A DNA stretch of 64,000 nt, from NCBI GenBank assembly GCA_951406725.2, contig OX597815.1, forward strand, positions 44,206,001 to 44,270,000, in the 5' to 3' direction. Of the stretch, positions 42,015 to 53,955 are shown piece after piece (the first letter of the stretch is position 1; every line of letters starts with the position of its first letter). Source of the stretch: Octopus vulgaris (taxonomy: Eukaryota). Under the pieces are notes generated by a model. It searched no databases, was not told where the DNA came from, and worked only from the letters and a program-made list of their open reading frames with translations. Position numbers and translations under genes: made by a program.

Positions 42015-42090
42015 ACTCTACTGAGGATTCGAAAATGATTATGTAAGTAAAATTACACAATCTATTAACGATGAAACAATTGTATAGAGT
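42015..42090 (+). ncRNA. Type I hammerhead ribozyme
   Basis: Stem I ACTCTA/TAGAGT, core CTGAGGA, extended stem II (TCG/CGA, GATT/AATC, TGTAA/TTACA), GAAA, palindromic stem III CAATTG, GUA cleavage triplet. Confidence 0.75.
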
Positions 42091-42243
42091 TAATCTATTT
42101 TTTCGTTATTTTTTACTTATCCTGCCCGCTTACATTCTTGGCGTGTTGAATTAATGCTTGAGAACAATTCTTTAGTGGTTGATTCCCTTTGCGGATCTAT
42201 TTCTAGCGTTAGAGTGACCACATGTGGTCTCTCTCTTATTACT

Positions 42244-42315
<72 letters not shown>

Positions 42316-42401
42316 CATTGTTATACTGGGGGATGGTCATGTTTTGGCAATTAAACACATGCATTATATATTTGGTGTTCACTTCAGATTTATCGATATT
42401 T

Positions 42402-42473
42402 TTTGTGGTCGTCTAGTGGTTAGGACCCCTCGTTGTGTCTGTGGTAACCCAGATTCGAATCCTGGTCTTGTCA
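42402..42473 (+). pseudogene. tRNA-His(GTG) pseudogene
   Basis: GTGgTCGTCTAGTGGTTAGGACCC..CGTTGTG..GGTAACCCAGaTTCGAATCCTGGTC matches metazoan tRNA-His, but the acceptor and anticodon stems are broken and the B-box is mutated. Confidence 0.7.
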
Positions 42474-42889
42474 GGCTATATGTGTGTGTGTGCGTGCGCA
42501 TGCATGTAAGTAGATATATAAACATGCATTTTAAAGCGTCGAATTAGATGGCATACTCTCTTTACTATCGTCTTGATTTTGTTAATTTTTCCAACCATTC
42601 GGTAGCGAGAAAACTGTTACCAGTGATCTTCTAGATTGAGGCAATCGATTGTACACTCCTCGCAGGATTTACCCCGTTCACCACGCTGTGGTTCCATAAC
42701 TCCCTCGTTACTTCTACTAATTCTTGACCCCCTATTATTGATGTCACTGTTCACCCTTCTCTACACCTTCATAACTTTCATCTACAGTTTTACTCATAAG
42801 ACTAACCAAATTTACTACAGTATATCGAACTCGTAGCTTGATGCTACCGAAGCGAATTTCTAAACCACTTAGCCATGCATGCATACAAA

Positions 42890-43316
42890 CATGTAAAGAA
42901 GTTTGCTTCCGTGCCACACGGTTCCTGGTTCAGTCCCACTGTGTTGCACCCTGGGTAAATGTCTGGTACTACACCCCCGATCTGACCAAAAACGGATTTA
43001 GTTGACGGAAACTAAAAGAAGCTGTCATTAATGCGGGTGTATGTGCTTGTGTGTACAAGCGCGTGCATGATTGTATGTTTGTGGGTATGCCTTGGTGTTT
43101 ATGCTGTGTTCCTCACCACCACCACCACCACCACCACCACCACCCTTACATGACAACCAGTGTTGGTTTGTTTACGTCCTCGTAACCTAGCAGTTCGATA
43201 AAAGACCAATAAAATATCTGTCTTAAAAGTAAGGAGTGGAACCGATCTGTTCGACTAAAATCTTCAAGGCTGTGCCACAGCATGGCCGTAGTTCAATGAC
43301 TGAAATACGTAAAAGA
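42890..43316 (+). mobile_element. SINE family B, diverged
   Basis: GGTTCAGTCCCACTG..CAGCATGGCCGTAG..TGACTGAAA. Confidence 0.7.
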
Positions 43317-44029
43317 CCTCTCTTAAGTACATATGACTAAGTGTGTGTTTGAATGTGTGTGTGTGTGTGTGGCGGGGGGGTACATTTTATTGTTATATAT
43401 TATTTATATAATTCCCATACTGGCGATCATTACAATCTCGGAAGACTTTTCACGGAGGGCTATTGTACTTATCGGTTTTATGGTCATAGACTTCCTGAGA
43501 AACCACCAACCAACTGTCTCTCAGCAATGGCTTTGTGTGAAACAATGATCCTATTAGTCACACATCGTCAATATGTATACATATATTCATATGCGTGTAT
43601 GTGCGTTTGTATATGTGTGTGCGCGCGTATATGAGTATGTCCAAAGTAACTGGTCTCTACAACATTTTCTCACCTTTATAGTCTTTCATCTTCATTATGC
43701 TTCATTGAATCAGCTAGTTATATCTTTACAAGTACTTGTAATTTGCTGAATAGAAACATTCAAATTATTATTCTCAAACAACAGATTGAAAGAATAGTGA
43801 GGCTCCGAAACTATAGACATTTTATTGTAGTTAAAACATCTCTTTTTTACAATTTTGTTTTATTTTACTACTAAGGTCTTTAACGGAGTTTGTAAAGTTG
43901 TAAACCTTACAACTTTTTCTTCTGTGCTATTACTTCGGAATCGTTTTCGATGATATAAGTGCCCTTAAATGAAAAATGGACAACATAGTATCACCTTACA
44001 CTTTTACAAATATTGGTTTTAAATTTTGA

Positions 44030-44775
44030 CACAAAGCCAGCAGTGCTCAACTGGCACTTATTTCTATTTCTTTATTACCCACGAGGGGCTAAACACAGAG
44101 GGGACAAACAAGGACAGACAAAGGTATTAAGTCGATTACATCGACCCCAGTGCGTAAATGGTACTTAATTTATCGACTCCGAAAGGATGAAAGGAAAAGT
44201 CGACCACGGCAGAATTTGGACTCAGAACGTAACGGCAGACGAAATACTGCTACGCATTTCGCCCGGCGCGCTAACGTTTCTGCCAGCTCGCCGCCCTTTC
44301 AACTGGTACTTATTTCATCGACCTAGGAAGGATGGAAGGTAAAGTCGACCTTGGCGGAATTTGAACTCATTACGTACAGCCGGATGAAATACTGCTAAGC
44401 ACTTCGCCCGGCGTGCGAACGATTCTACCAAGCGCGTAGCCTTAAACACTATTATAAATATTACACTTCAATTAAGAAAGGGAGTTTCTGTGTGGTTTCT
44501 TGAACTGTGAGAAACTGTAGCTAAATCTTTCTCAAATTATGTAAATAAAGACTGCTTTCGAATGAATCGAGTATTTCAAATGGTCGAAGATTTAGTAGAT
44601 ATTTTGAAGGTTACTTAAATATTTATTTCAAATTTTGGCACAAGACACGAAATTCGGTGGGGGATAAGTCAATCACATCGACGCTAATGTTCAACTGCTA
44701 CTTATTTGATCGATCCCGAAAGGATGACAGGTGAAGCTGACCTCGATGTATTTGAACTCAGAAAGTAAATACGGA
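44030..44775 (-). mobile_element. Nested and clustered SINE family A copies
   Basis: Young copy at 44065-44295 inserted in an older copy (duplicated TCAACTGGyACTTATTTC); a further copy at 44630-44775. Confidence 0.75.
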
Positions 44776-44840
44776 CCTGCGCCTTTCAAAGTTATTTAAA
44801 TATTAAACGTCTGTCCTGTTTCAATTATAGGACAAAGGTG

Positions 44841-45223
44841 TGGAGGTGCAATGGCCCAGTGGTTAGGGCAGCGGACTCGCGGTCATAGGATCGCGGTTTC
44901 GATTCCCAGACCGGGTGTTGTGAGTGTTTATTGAGCGAAAACACCTAAAGCTCCACGAGGCTCCGGCAGGGGATGGTGGTGATCCCTGCTGTACTCTTTC
45001 GCCACGACTTTCTCTCACTCTTACTTCCTGTTTCTGTTGTACCTGTATTTCAAAGGGCCGGCTTTGTCACTCTCTGTGTCACGCTGAATATCCCCGAGAA
45101 CTACATTAAGAGTACACGTGTCTGTGGAGTGCTCAGCCACTTACACGTTAATTTCACGAGCAGGCTGTTCCGTTGATTCGGATCAACCGGAACCCTCATC
45201 GTCGTAACCGACGGAGTGCTTCC
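44841..45223 (+). mobile_element. tRNA-derived SINE family C (tail type 2) with 14-bp TSD
   Basis: GGAGGTGCAATGGCCCAGTGGTTAGGGC head; TSD ATAGGACAAAGGTG at 44827-44840 and 45224-45237. Confidence 0.85.
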
Positions 45224-45233
45224 ATAGGACAAA

Positions 45234-45450
45234 GGTGGCAATCTGGCAGAATCGTTAGCACGCCGGGTAAAATGTTTAGCGTCATTTCATCTGTCTCTAC
45301 GTTCTGAGTTCAAATTCTGCCGAGTGTGACTCTGCTTTTCATCCTTTCGAGGTGGATAAAATAAGTACCAGTTGAGTACTGGGGTCGATGTAATCGATTT
45401 ACTCCCTCCCCTAAAACTTACTGGCCTTATGCCAAAATTTGAAGCCCATT
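45234..45450 (+). mobile_element. SINE family A monomer
   Basis: Head, core, and CCTTATGCCAAAATTTGAA tail. Confidence 0.8.
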
Positions 45451-45754
45451 ATAGAATTGAACAAATCAGCAGATGCAGAACAAACATAAAGATGTGCTTT
45501 CAAGTGAACTAAATCAAAGCTGTAAACTTATATTGTTGGTTGGGATATCTCGCGGTATTTGTCTCTACTCAGCATCGAAACCATCTTTGCCTTTTTATTT
45601 CTCCAGACTCGATAAAATAAGTACTAGTTAAACAGTAGGTTCGATGCAAACGACTTGTACCTTCTCTTCCAAATTTGTGGCCTTGTGCCAAAATTAGAAA
45701 GAATTATTATTATTATTATTCCTTCACTTGCACATTGATAATCTTTTCTTTTAT

Positions 45755-45951
45755 TCTTTTATTTGTTTCAGTCATTTGACTGCGGCCATGCTGGAGCACC
45801 ACCTTTAGTCGAGCAAATCGACCCCAGTTCTTATTCCTTGTAAGCCTAGTACTTATTCTACCGCTCTCTCTTGCCGAACCGCTAAGTTCCGGGGACGTAA
45901 ACTAACCAGTAGCGGTTGTCAAGCGATGTTGGGGAGACAAACACAGACACA

Positions 45952-46017
<66 letters not shown>

Positions 46018-46196
46018 CACATACATATATGTACGACGGGCTTCTTTCAGCTTCCGCCTACCAAATCCACTCACAAGCTTTGGTCGGCCCGAGGCTATAG
46101 TAGAAGCCACTTACCCAAGGTGCCACGCAGTGGGACTGAACCCGGAACCATGGGGTTGGTAAGGAAGCTACTTACCACACAGCCATTCCTGCGCCT
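45755..46196 (-). mobile_element. SINE family B, full length, with internal (CA)n
   Basis: Same architecture as 40665-41077. Confidence 0.9.
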
Positions 46197-46384
46197 ATAA
46201 AGCCACTTCATTGTTAACAATGGATCGTTTCAGTAAACTCCCTGTGAAGTTATGTAATCTCAGACAGATAGTACCTCCCGCAGGATATTTGCTGTCTTCT
46301 GTAATGTTGTTATGCTGAGGCAGATTCCAGTTCTGTCTAATTATTATTATTAGCTTTTTATTGTTACTATTGTTGTTTTCAAGA

Positions 46385-46800
46385 GGGCGAGGTAGTAGCA
46401 TCGATAGCACACCGGAAAAATGCTTGGCAGCGTTTCGTCCATCTTCATATTCTGAGTTCAAATTCTGCTAAGGCAGACTTTGCATTTCATCCTTTCGAGG
46501 TCGATGAACTAAGTCGTAGATGAGTACTGGAGTCGATATAATCGACCAGCCTCTTTCCCCAAAATTCCAGGCCTTGTATTTATCATAGAAAGATTTATTA
46601 TTATTATTGTTGTTTATGTTGATGTTGCAGTTGACATTATTGTTATTATTAAAAAGAGGACCTAGCAGAAATATTTGACCGCTGGAAAAAACGCCTAGCA
46701 ATATTTCTTCCGACTCACTTCGACCCGAGTTCAGATTCCGCCGAGGTCAACTTTGCCTTTCATCCTTTCGCTGTCAATAAATTAAGTACCAGTGTAATCG
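46385..46800 (+). mobile_element. Two SINE family A copies
   Basis: Core motif at ~46475 and ~46750. Confidence 0.7.
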
Positions 46801-46924
46801 ATATTGACACTGAGAAAATTAACACCGTCCATATTATTAATTAGTTAACAATTATCTCCGAATTGCAAGATGATTTTATGTTAATGCCGATTATTTTTTA
46901 TTTGTGTTTAGCTGTTATTATTTA

Positions 46925-47318
46925 CTAGCAGTATCGCCCGGCGTTGCTCGGGTTAGTTTCGACCCTTTAGAATTGGAATTTTTGAAAAGTAAAAATTTTG
47001 CATTATTTAGTTTTGTTATTGTCTTTAAGTGAACATTTTTCTGGTTGAAATACACCGAAAAATGGCGACACAGCCGTCAAAAAATCGTAAAAGATTGGGA
47101 TTTTCATAGAAAGAAAGCGCCTTTTTGATGTAAATAATTTTTGGTGTTAACATGGTCCGATTTGAATTTTTTTCTTCTACGGAAGGAAGAGCAAGCCTCC
47201 TTCTATCATACTCTCAATTTTGGTCCACTTGCGCCGCAGGGTCTCGGAGGAGATAGAGTTAGTTGAAGGCCGCCAATCCTGCCATACACAGACAATTTCA
47301 ATTTTATAAATAGAGAGA
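46925..47318 (-). mobile_element. Non-autonomous Helitron
   Basis: A|CTAGCAGTATCGCCCGGCGTTGCTCGGG end; reverse complement of the 60411-60790 family. Confidence 0.8.
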
Positions 47319-47490
47319 TTATGAATTCTTTAGTTTTCTTTTCTTTCTAAGAATTGTATATAGTATGGTGGTTTTATCAATAAATATATTTGTTTTTCTA
47401 TATAGTTTTGTTATCTCTTCTGTTGTCTATTCTATATTGCAACGTACTCTGATGAGTTTTCGTTATAAATGCATGGTAGTTTGGATACTT

Positions 47491-47574
<84 letters not shown>

Positions 47575-48283
47575 CACATGTATGAATATGTATATGTACA
47601 GGTATTTATGAAAGCTTTAAACAAGTTCGTTCCGCTGCTGTGCTAATATATTTAACACCTATACCTTTTTTTCAAGACATTCTCTTTCTCCACTAATTTT
47701 GCGCTAAGATATTAACCCAACCGTGTAAGGAATGAAAAATCTGTACACTGACTTTGTTTCTGCAGGTGGCAAGGATGACTCACATATTTCCTAACCTTGT
47801 ATATACATATATACATACGTACATAAGTACGTACATATGTATTGTGTATGGAAATATTTGTACCCATACATACACATATGTGCAGGCACATCTATGTATG
47901 TAATTAAGATCAGATGTATATGTATGTACATTTGTGTGTATTTGTCTCTGTGTGTGCATGTGTGCATGCGTGCGCAATTGTATGTGTGGCGTGTTGGTTT
48001 AAAGAGTTTTGCACTGTAGTCTGTTTGTCACGCCTGTGCTTGCAAAACCATAACAAAGTTTAAGTTATAGCACAATTTGAAATGTAATTGTCACTATAGC
48101 ACAATAGTAGCTTTTTCAAGCGAGAATATCAGATGAAAAGAACCTTTATTGTTATCCAGTCAAGGGTGACGATTCTTTTTTCAAACTATTACTCCACAAC
48201 CATACAACTCTGTGACCCAAAGCAAACATTTATACGCAAGGAAATAAATGGATGATGATGATGATGACGACGACGACGACGAC

Positions 48284-48316
<33 letters not shown>

Positions 48317-48490
48317 ATGAAGGTAATTTATATTCGTGCTAACGATAAAGATGATTATGGTTGTCGTGATGTCCATCATTATTGTAATTACAACGAGGCT
48401 GTTATTATGGTAATAATATCGTGTCTCTCAGAGTGATTATAATGTCGTTGATAACTTATAAGTGTTTATACGTGCATAGATGCACACAAC

Positions 48491-48574
<84 letters not shown>

Positions 48575-49534
48575 TCTCTACTTACATATGCATGTATGTA
48601 TGTGTGTGTGTGTGTATGTGTGTAAGAAAGAGAGATGACAAAAGAATAAATTATTATCTTATGAACTTCATTAGCTTACAGCTGTTTCTGCTGTTGGATG
48701 CTGTGGTCTCGCGGTTGAGTACCTGAATAACACCTTATAACTTCATCGGAGCCTCGAATATGAAGTGCAATTTATTTGGGAAAGAATTATATTTGTGCCT
48801 ATATAAGGAACAGTATCAACAATGAGAAAAGTCGATACAGATGTCATCTCTCTTTCTTATTACTGCTCTATACTCAGCTAAAACTCTGTCCTGAAACATA
48901 CATATAGTGAGTTCTACAACCGGTTATTGGTCTCGCAATGCGTAAGGGAAATATTTAAACACACATATACACACACACATATACACACACACATATACAA
49001 AGATACACACGCACACACACACATACGTACGTACTTACGTATGCATGTAATGTCACGCACACAATGGGATTGAATTCAGAATCATGTGGTTTAGAAACAA
49101 ACTTCATTATTTCATATAATTTGCCACAAACAAACTTCATACCAAACAGTTACAACCGTACGTCAAATCTGATTTAGTATAGCAGAGTTTCTGTTTATCA
49201 AATTTACTCGCAAGACATAGGTCGGTCTAGCACCTTTGCGAAGGTGCTGTATAATGTAACTGAATCCGAAACCATGTGCTTGTAAAGCGAGCTTCTTAAG
49301 CGCACAACCAAGCCTGCGTCTATATTTTCAAAAACAGAAGAAAAACAAACACAAAAAAATCCAAAATAAAAGGACGTTCTATAATAGAAGACAGCAGGAA
49401 CTCGTCCCTCTGAGCGACAAAATTCTTCTTTAATTCAAGAATGTTTCGTTTACTTGGAGGATATGAATGCTACAATTGGTATAGTTTGTTAAAAGATTAC
49501 TTATGTTGTACTAAATCAGATTTGATATACTGCA

Positions 49535-49793
49535 GTAACTGTGTGGTAAGAAGTATTGTTTCCAGCCACATTCTCTCTCTTTTCTCTTTTACTCTTTTAC
49601 TTGTTTCAGTCATTTGACTGCGGCCATGCTGGAGCACCGCCTTTAGTCGAGCAAATCGACCCCGGGACTTATTCTTTGTAAGTCCAGTACTTATTCTATC
49701 GGTCTCTTTTTGCCGAACCGCTAAGTGACGGGGACGTAAACACACCAGCATCGGTTGTGAAGCAATGCTAGAGGGACAAACACAGACACACAA

Positions 49794-49830
<37 letters not shown>

Positions 49831-50115
49831 CGACAGGCTTCTTTCAGTTTCCGTCTACCAAATCCACTCACAAGGCATTGGTCGGCCCGGGGCTATAGCA
49901 GAAGACACTTGCCCAAGGTGCCACGCAGTGGGACTGAACCCGGAACCATGAGGTTGGTTAGCAAGCTACTTACCACACAGCCACTCCTGCGCCTTGGTTC
50001 TGAGTTCAATTCCACTGATGCGTGACACTTTATGCAAGTGTCTACTTCTATAGCCTCAGACCGACCAGTGCCCTGTGAGTGAATTTCGTAGACAGAAACT
50101 AAAAGAAGCCATCCT
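49535..50115 (-). mobile_element. Young SINE B (49585-49992, minus) nested in an older plus-strand SINE B head
   Basis: CTGTGTGGTAAGAAG..CCACAT on the left continues as TGGTTCTGAGTTCAATTCCACTG on the right. Confidence 0.8.
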
Positions 50116-50599
50116 ATGTATATATATATATTCTTTAGATCGATCTACACAGATGCCCCTCTAATAGTCCCTGTCTTCCATTGCCGACTTCAACTCGGGA
50201 ACCGATAGGCCGCTATCGATCACTAGTCTGTCAACATATGATGTAGCCCAGTTGTTCTCATCCGGGATCAATATGGCCCCTCAGGTTCCCTGTAAGATTT
50301 TTTTGGGGGGGGGGGTCCACGCAACATAATAGAAAATTGGTGATTCACGGTAGTATTGAAGGGCCCCTGAAAAACTTTGCTTCAGATGTATGTATTGGTA
50401 TGTTTGGAGGAAACAAATAGATTTCTTTCTCTAACATTTTACACATAGTTCAACCTACACCTGTGTGAAAATCAAAATGGGCATTTTGAAAGAAGCTTCT
50501 ATGAAACTAGTTTGTAAACATCAAACGGCTATGGGGGGGTCTACCAAAATAAAATAGTAGTGAAAGGAGTCCGTAGATCGAATATTGTTGAGAACTCCT

Positions 50600-51455
50600 G
50601 GTGTAGCCGGTTGACCCCTACTCCTGTTGCTCCGCACTGGTTCTTAGAGTAATACATCACTAATGCATTCGTTCGTGGGCCCTGCAGCAGTGCCCAACAA
50701 AACGAAGTCTTCTGTCTCTAACTACATCTGATATGGTGGAGGGTGGTTGGAGGTTCCTGTAGAGTTCTTTATTTGTCACTCTCTATTGTCATTCGTTATT
50801 CAGTGCGTGTCGGAGTAAGCGGGTGTAAACATCCGTCTACTCGTTCCAGTAACGCTTTTGTCAACGTCCAAGTTTCGGACCGGTAAAGTAGCACACTTTC
50901 AACTGTTGCATTGACGAATGTGACTTCTTGTCTTCTCGAGAGCGATGACTGCTAAATCCTGCCTAGTTAGCTGATGGCATTCCAGGCTTGGGCCTTCCTA
51001 GTCTCGAGTTCTCTCCCTCTCTCTCCCTCTTTCTTCCTCTCTCTCTCTCCCTCTCTCTTTCTCTTTCTCCTTCTCTTTCTCCTCCTCTTCTCTCTCTCTC
51101 TCTCTCTCTGATGAGGATAACCATGCACCGAGGCTTGTCTTATGTCGTCTCTCGTGAGTGAATTGAGAGTTCCAGAAATATTGAACATCATCATTCCAGT
51201 CTTCATGGGCTGCTCCTTCAAGTCGTGCCAGGAATGCCTGGACAACAGACACGGAGTCAGACAGCAGACATAAATCATCTGCATAGTTTGTGTTTGCTAT
51301 GCAGTTTTCTGGCAGTTTTTTGCTATGGTTTTTGGCAGTTGCGTTTCGCAGAATGAAACCGAGATGTTGGTGGTCTTCTAGGGTGCATCTCATCACATGC
51401 ACTACCTCAATAATGAAGACATACAGAGCTAGCGTATCTCCTTGTGGTATGCCTT
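50600..51455 (-). mobile_element. Decayed RTE-clade LINE reverse transcriptase fragment
   Basis: Minus strand QGDTLALYVFII, YADDLCLLSDSV, TVESVLLYRSETWTLTK. Confidence 0.75.
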
Positions 51456-51470
51456 GATTTCATACATATA

Positions 51471-51552
<82 letters not shown>

Positions 51553-52357
51553 TGTATGTATGTATGTATGTATGTATGTATTGATGGATGGATGGATGTG
51601 TATATACATATATGTGTGTGTGTGTGTGTGTGTACGTATGTGTGTCATCGTGTTAGTGCCCACCACCCCACGACAGCCGGACCACGCATTAAGAAAGTAA
51701 TTGCTGTATGTTGTCAATTCGTCAACTAAACCCTTCTAGGTGGTGGCCCCTGCATGGCTGCAGTCCATTGACTGAAACCCCTAAGAGAGAAAAGATGTTT
51801 TAAATGATCCAATGTGTCAAGTGCTTTTACAAAGAGGTATGTGGCTCTTTCATCTTCAAGGGGGGGAAAAAAGAAAAGAAAAACCTTTCTGGTGTTAATA
51901 TGACTTCAATACCATTGATATTACTGTAATACAAAGAATCACTTCCTACCAGGTCAATGACATAATATATTCCATTGACTTTCAGTTGTCTATATTCACT
52001 CCACCTGTCTCTCTTTCTTTCTCACTCTTCCTCCTTCCTTCTCGTTATTTATATCACTGCTTTTTCCATTATATTTATTCTTTCACTATCCATTTATATA
52101 TATTTTTTTAAAAGCAACTCCTTGGCATTTTATATTTTTTATCGATCAACTTTTTACTTTGTTGATTGCACTTTTCCCTTTCAGTACGGCAGACATATGG
52201 CTCTCAGAATTCCAGTCTTCTCTGCAGTTTTTTACCCTCACTTTAACTTTCTTTGCGCCACTCCTCTTATCTTCTTTCTTATCTTTTCCTTATATGTTTG
52301 TTTTGCTATCTTTCTCTTTTCATTTTCTTCTATACTCAATCCTTTACTATTTATTTG

Positions 52358-52436
<79 letters not shown>

Positions 52437-52449
52437 TCATAAAGAAATA

Positions 52450-52638
52450 TATTTCACGCATTTTTTTTCTCTCTTTGTTTCTCTCCGTGTTTCTTTTCTG
52501 TGTATCTTTCTGTTGAAGAGCGTAGGCTCGAAACGTAAAAGACTTGTTTTATTTACATTCCTGAGCGCCATACTAATACAATTGTTTGTTTGTATTCCAC
52601 CTGCCTTCGTCTTTTGTCTATTTTCATAAAGCTTCCCG

Positions 52639-52640
<2 letters not shown>
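52450..52640 (+). mobile_element. Penelope pseudo-LTR fragment with a hammerhead-like motif (52505-52542)
   Basis: TCTTT-CTGtTGAA-GAGC-GTAG-GCTC-GAAA-CG-TA-AAAGA; ends at (TA)n. Confidence 0.7.
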
Positions 52641-52704
<64 letters not shown>

Positions 52705-52742
52705 CATACATACATACATACATACATACATACATACATACA

Positions 52743-52778
<36 letters not shown>

Positions 52779-52809
52779 TACACTCACACACAAGCATACA
52801 CAGAATGTG

Positions 52810-52844
<35 letters not shown>

Positions 52845-53379
52845 AGAGCGAGAAAGAGTGAGATTTTATGTGTGTGTGTGTGTGTTGTTTGTGTATGTGT
52901 GCGTGTGTGCGTGCGTACGTATAAGTGTAGTTCAAACAAAAATAACCTAAGAGAAATTACCTCAGAGTACCCAGTGGAGTTATTGCAATCAAGTTGCCTT
53001 CGAGAGAAGGTAAACAAACACCGTGTTGCAACTGCGACCGACACTCACTGAGAGTGAAGAATCCAAAAATTTTCAGAATTTCCATACTATACTACTGAAG
53101 GAAAAGTTTATATCAGCTTTACATACATTTACAGTTGCGTTACCGAGACAAATCATCACTGTTGGATCCTGGAGTCACTGAGTGTTACGGGTTTTGCAAC
53201 TTACACGCTATTGCAGGTGACATAATCTAGGGTGGTCAAGCCTAGATCTGCGCCCCACAAGTATTCAGCTGACACCACAGGTCACTTCTTTTCATCAGAG
53301 CCATCTAGATTCACATTCAGGAGACTCTACATTGTATTTGATGGATCTTCTGGCCATTCTTCTGCTCATTCTTCCATAG

Positions 53380-53955
53380 CCTTTGGTCATGAAATGACGT
53401 GCGAATCCTCTATTTCAAACCCCAACAGGCAAAAACACCTCAGTGCAAACCGGCTCGTACCCGAGGAAATCTGTGTCTCGAAATGATGACACAGATAGTA
53501 TAGTAGGGGTCCATACCATCTAAATGCTCCCTCAACTACTTCAAAATATACCCGAAGGTTTATGTGGTGTACCAGGTGGTCTTCAGTAAATGTAGAACAT
53601 CTTACGTGGGGAGCACGACTAGAAAACTGCACGTTCGTCTCAAGGAATACATGCGCACGGACACCTCGAGCAAAAAATACCAAGAGAACAGCCATACCCA
53701 GGATTTCACGACTTCCATCAAGGCCACGCAACGCAATTGAGCCAATTTGAGAATCAAGGAGGTCCTCCTTATCAATAAATTGAAACCAACTTTCAAAATA
53801 GAAGAGCAACATGAAGCAGACTGGTTACTTAACTACACTAGTCTGCGCATGTTACCGTCCTCCACCACACATCTGAGCAACGATTTTTTTTCCATCCCTC
53901 GCTTGTTCATGTCCTGAAGAGTCAGGTATAACCCCGAAATATAGAAATATGAGTT
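53380..53955 (+). mobile_element. Penelope-like GIY-YIG endonuclease remnant plus a downstream degenerate hammerhead
   Basis: Frame from 53561 (absent from the ORF track): YVVYQVVFSKCRTSYVGSTTRKLHVRLKEY..LRIKEVLLINKLKPTF, one internal stop; 53907-53952 reads TCATGTC-CTGAAGA..GAAA-TATA-gA-aATATGA. Confidence 0.75.

Larger units (their letters stand above)
41153..42247. mobile_element. Non-coding ~523-bp hammerhead-bearing unit (retrozyme/Penelope pLTR-like): inverted copy plus permuted tandem
   Basis: 41153-41618 is the reverse complement of sequence in 41621-42247; TGTTGAATTAATG recurs at 41621 and 42144; both flanks are (TA)n. Confidence 0.8.

Noticed and set aside
42402-42473. Functional tRNA-His
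   Set aside because: Acceptor and anticodon stems are disrupted, the B-box is mutated and there is no poly-T terminator; called a pseudogene
47750-47800. Acceptor-like CTGACTTTGTTTCTGCAG
   Set aside because: No convincing donor or coding signal follows, and the branch point is too close to the AG
48248-48436. Poly-Asp ORF
   Set aside because: (GAT/GAC)n microsatellite
53387-53812. 141-aa minus-strand ORF
   Set aside because: Antisense shadow of the plus-strand GIY-YIG remnant
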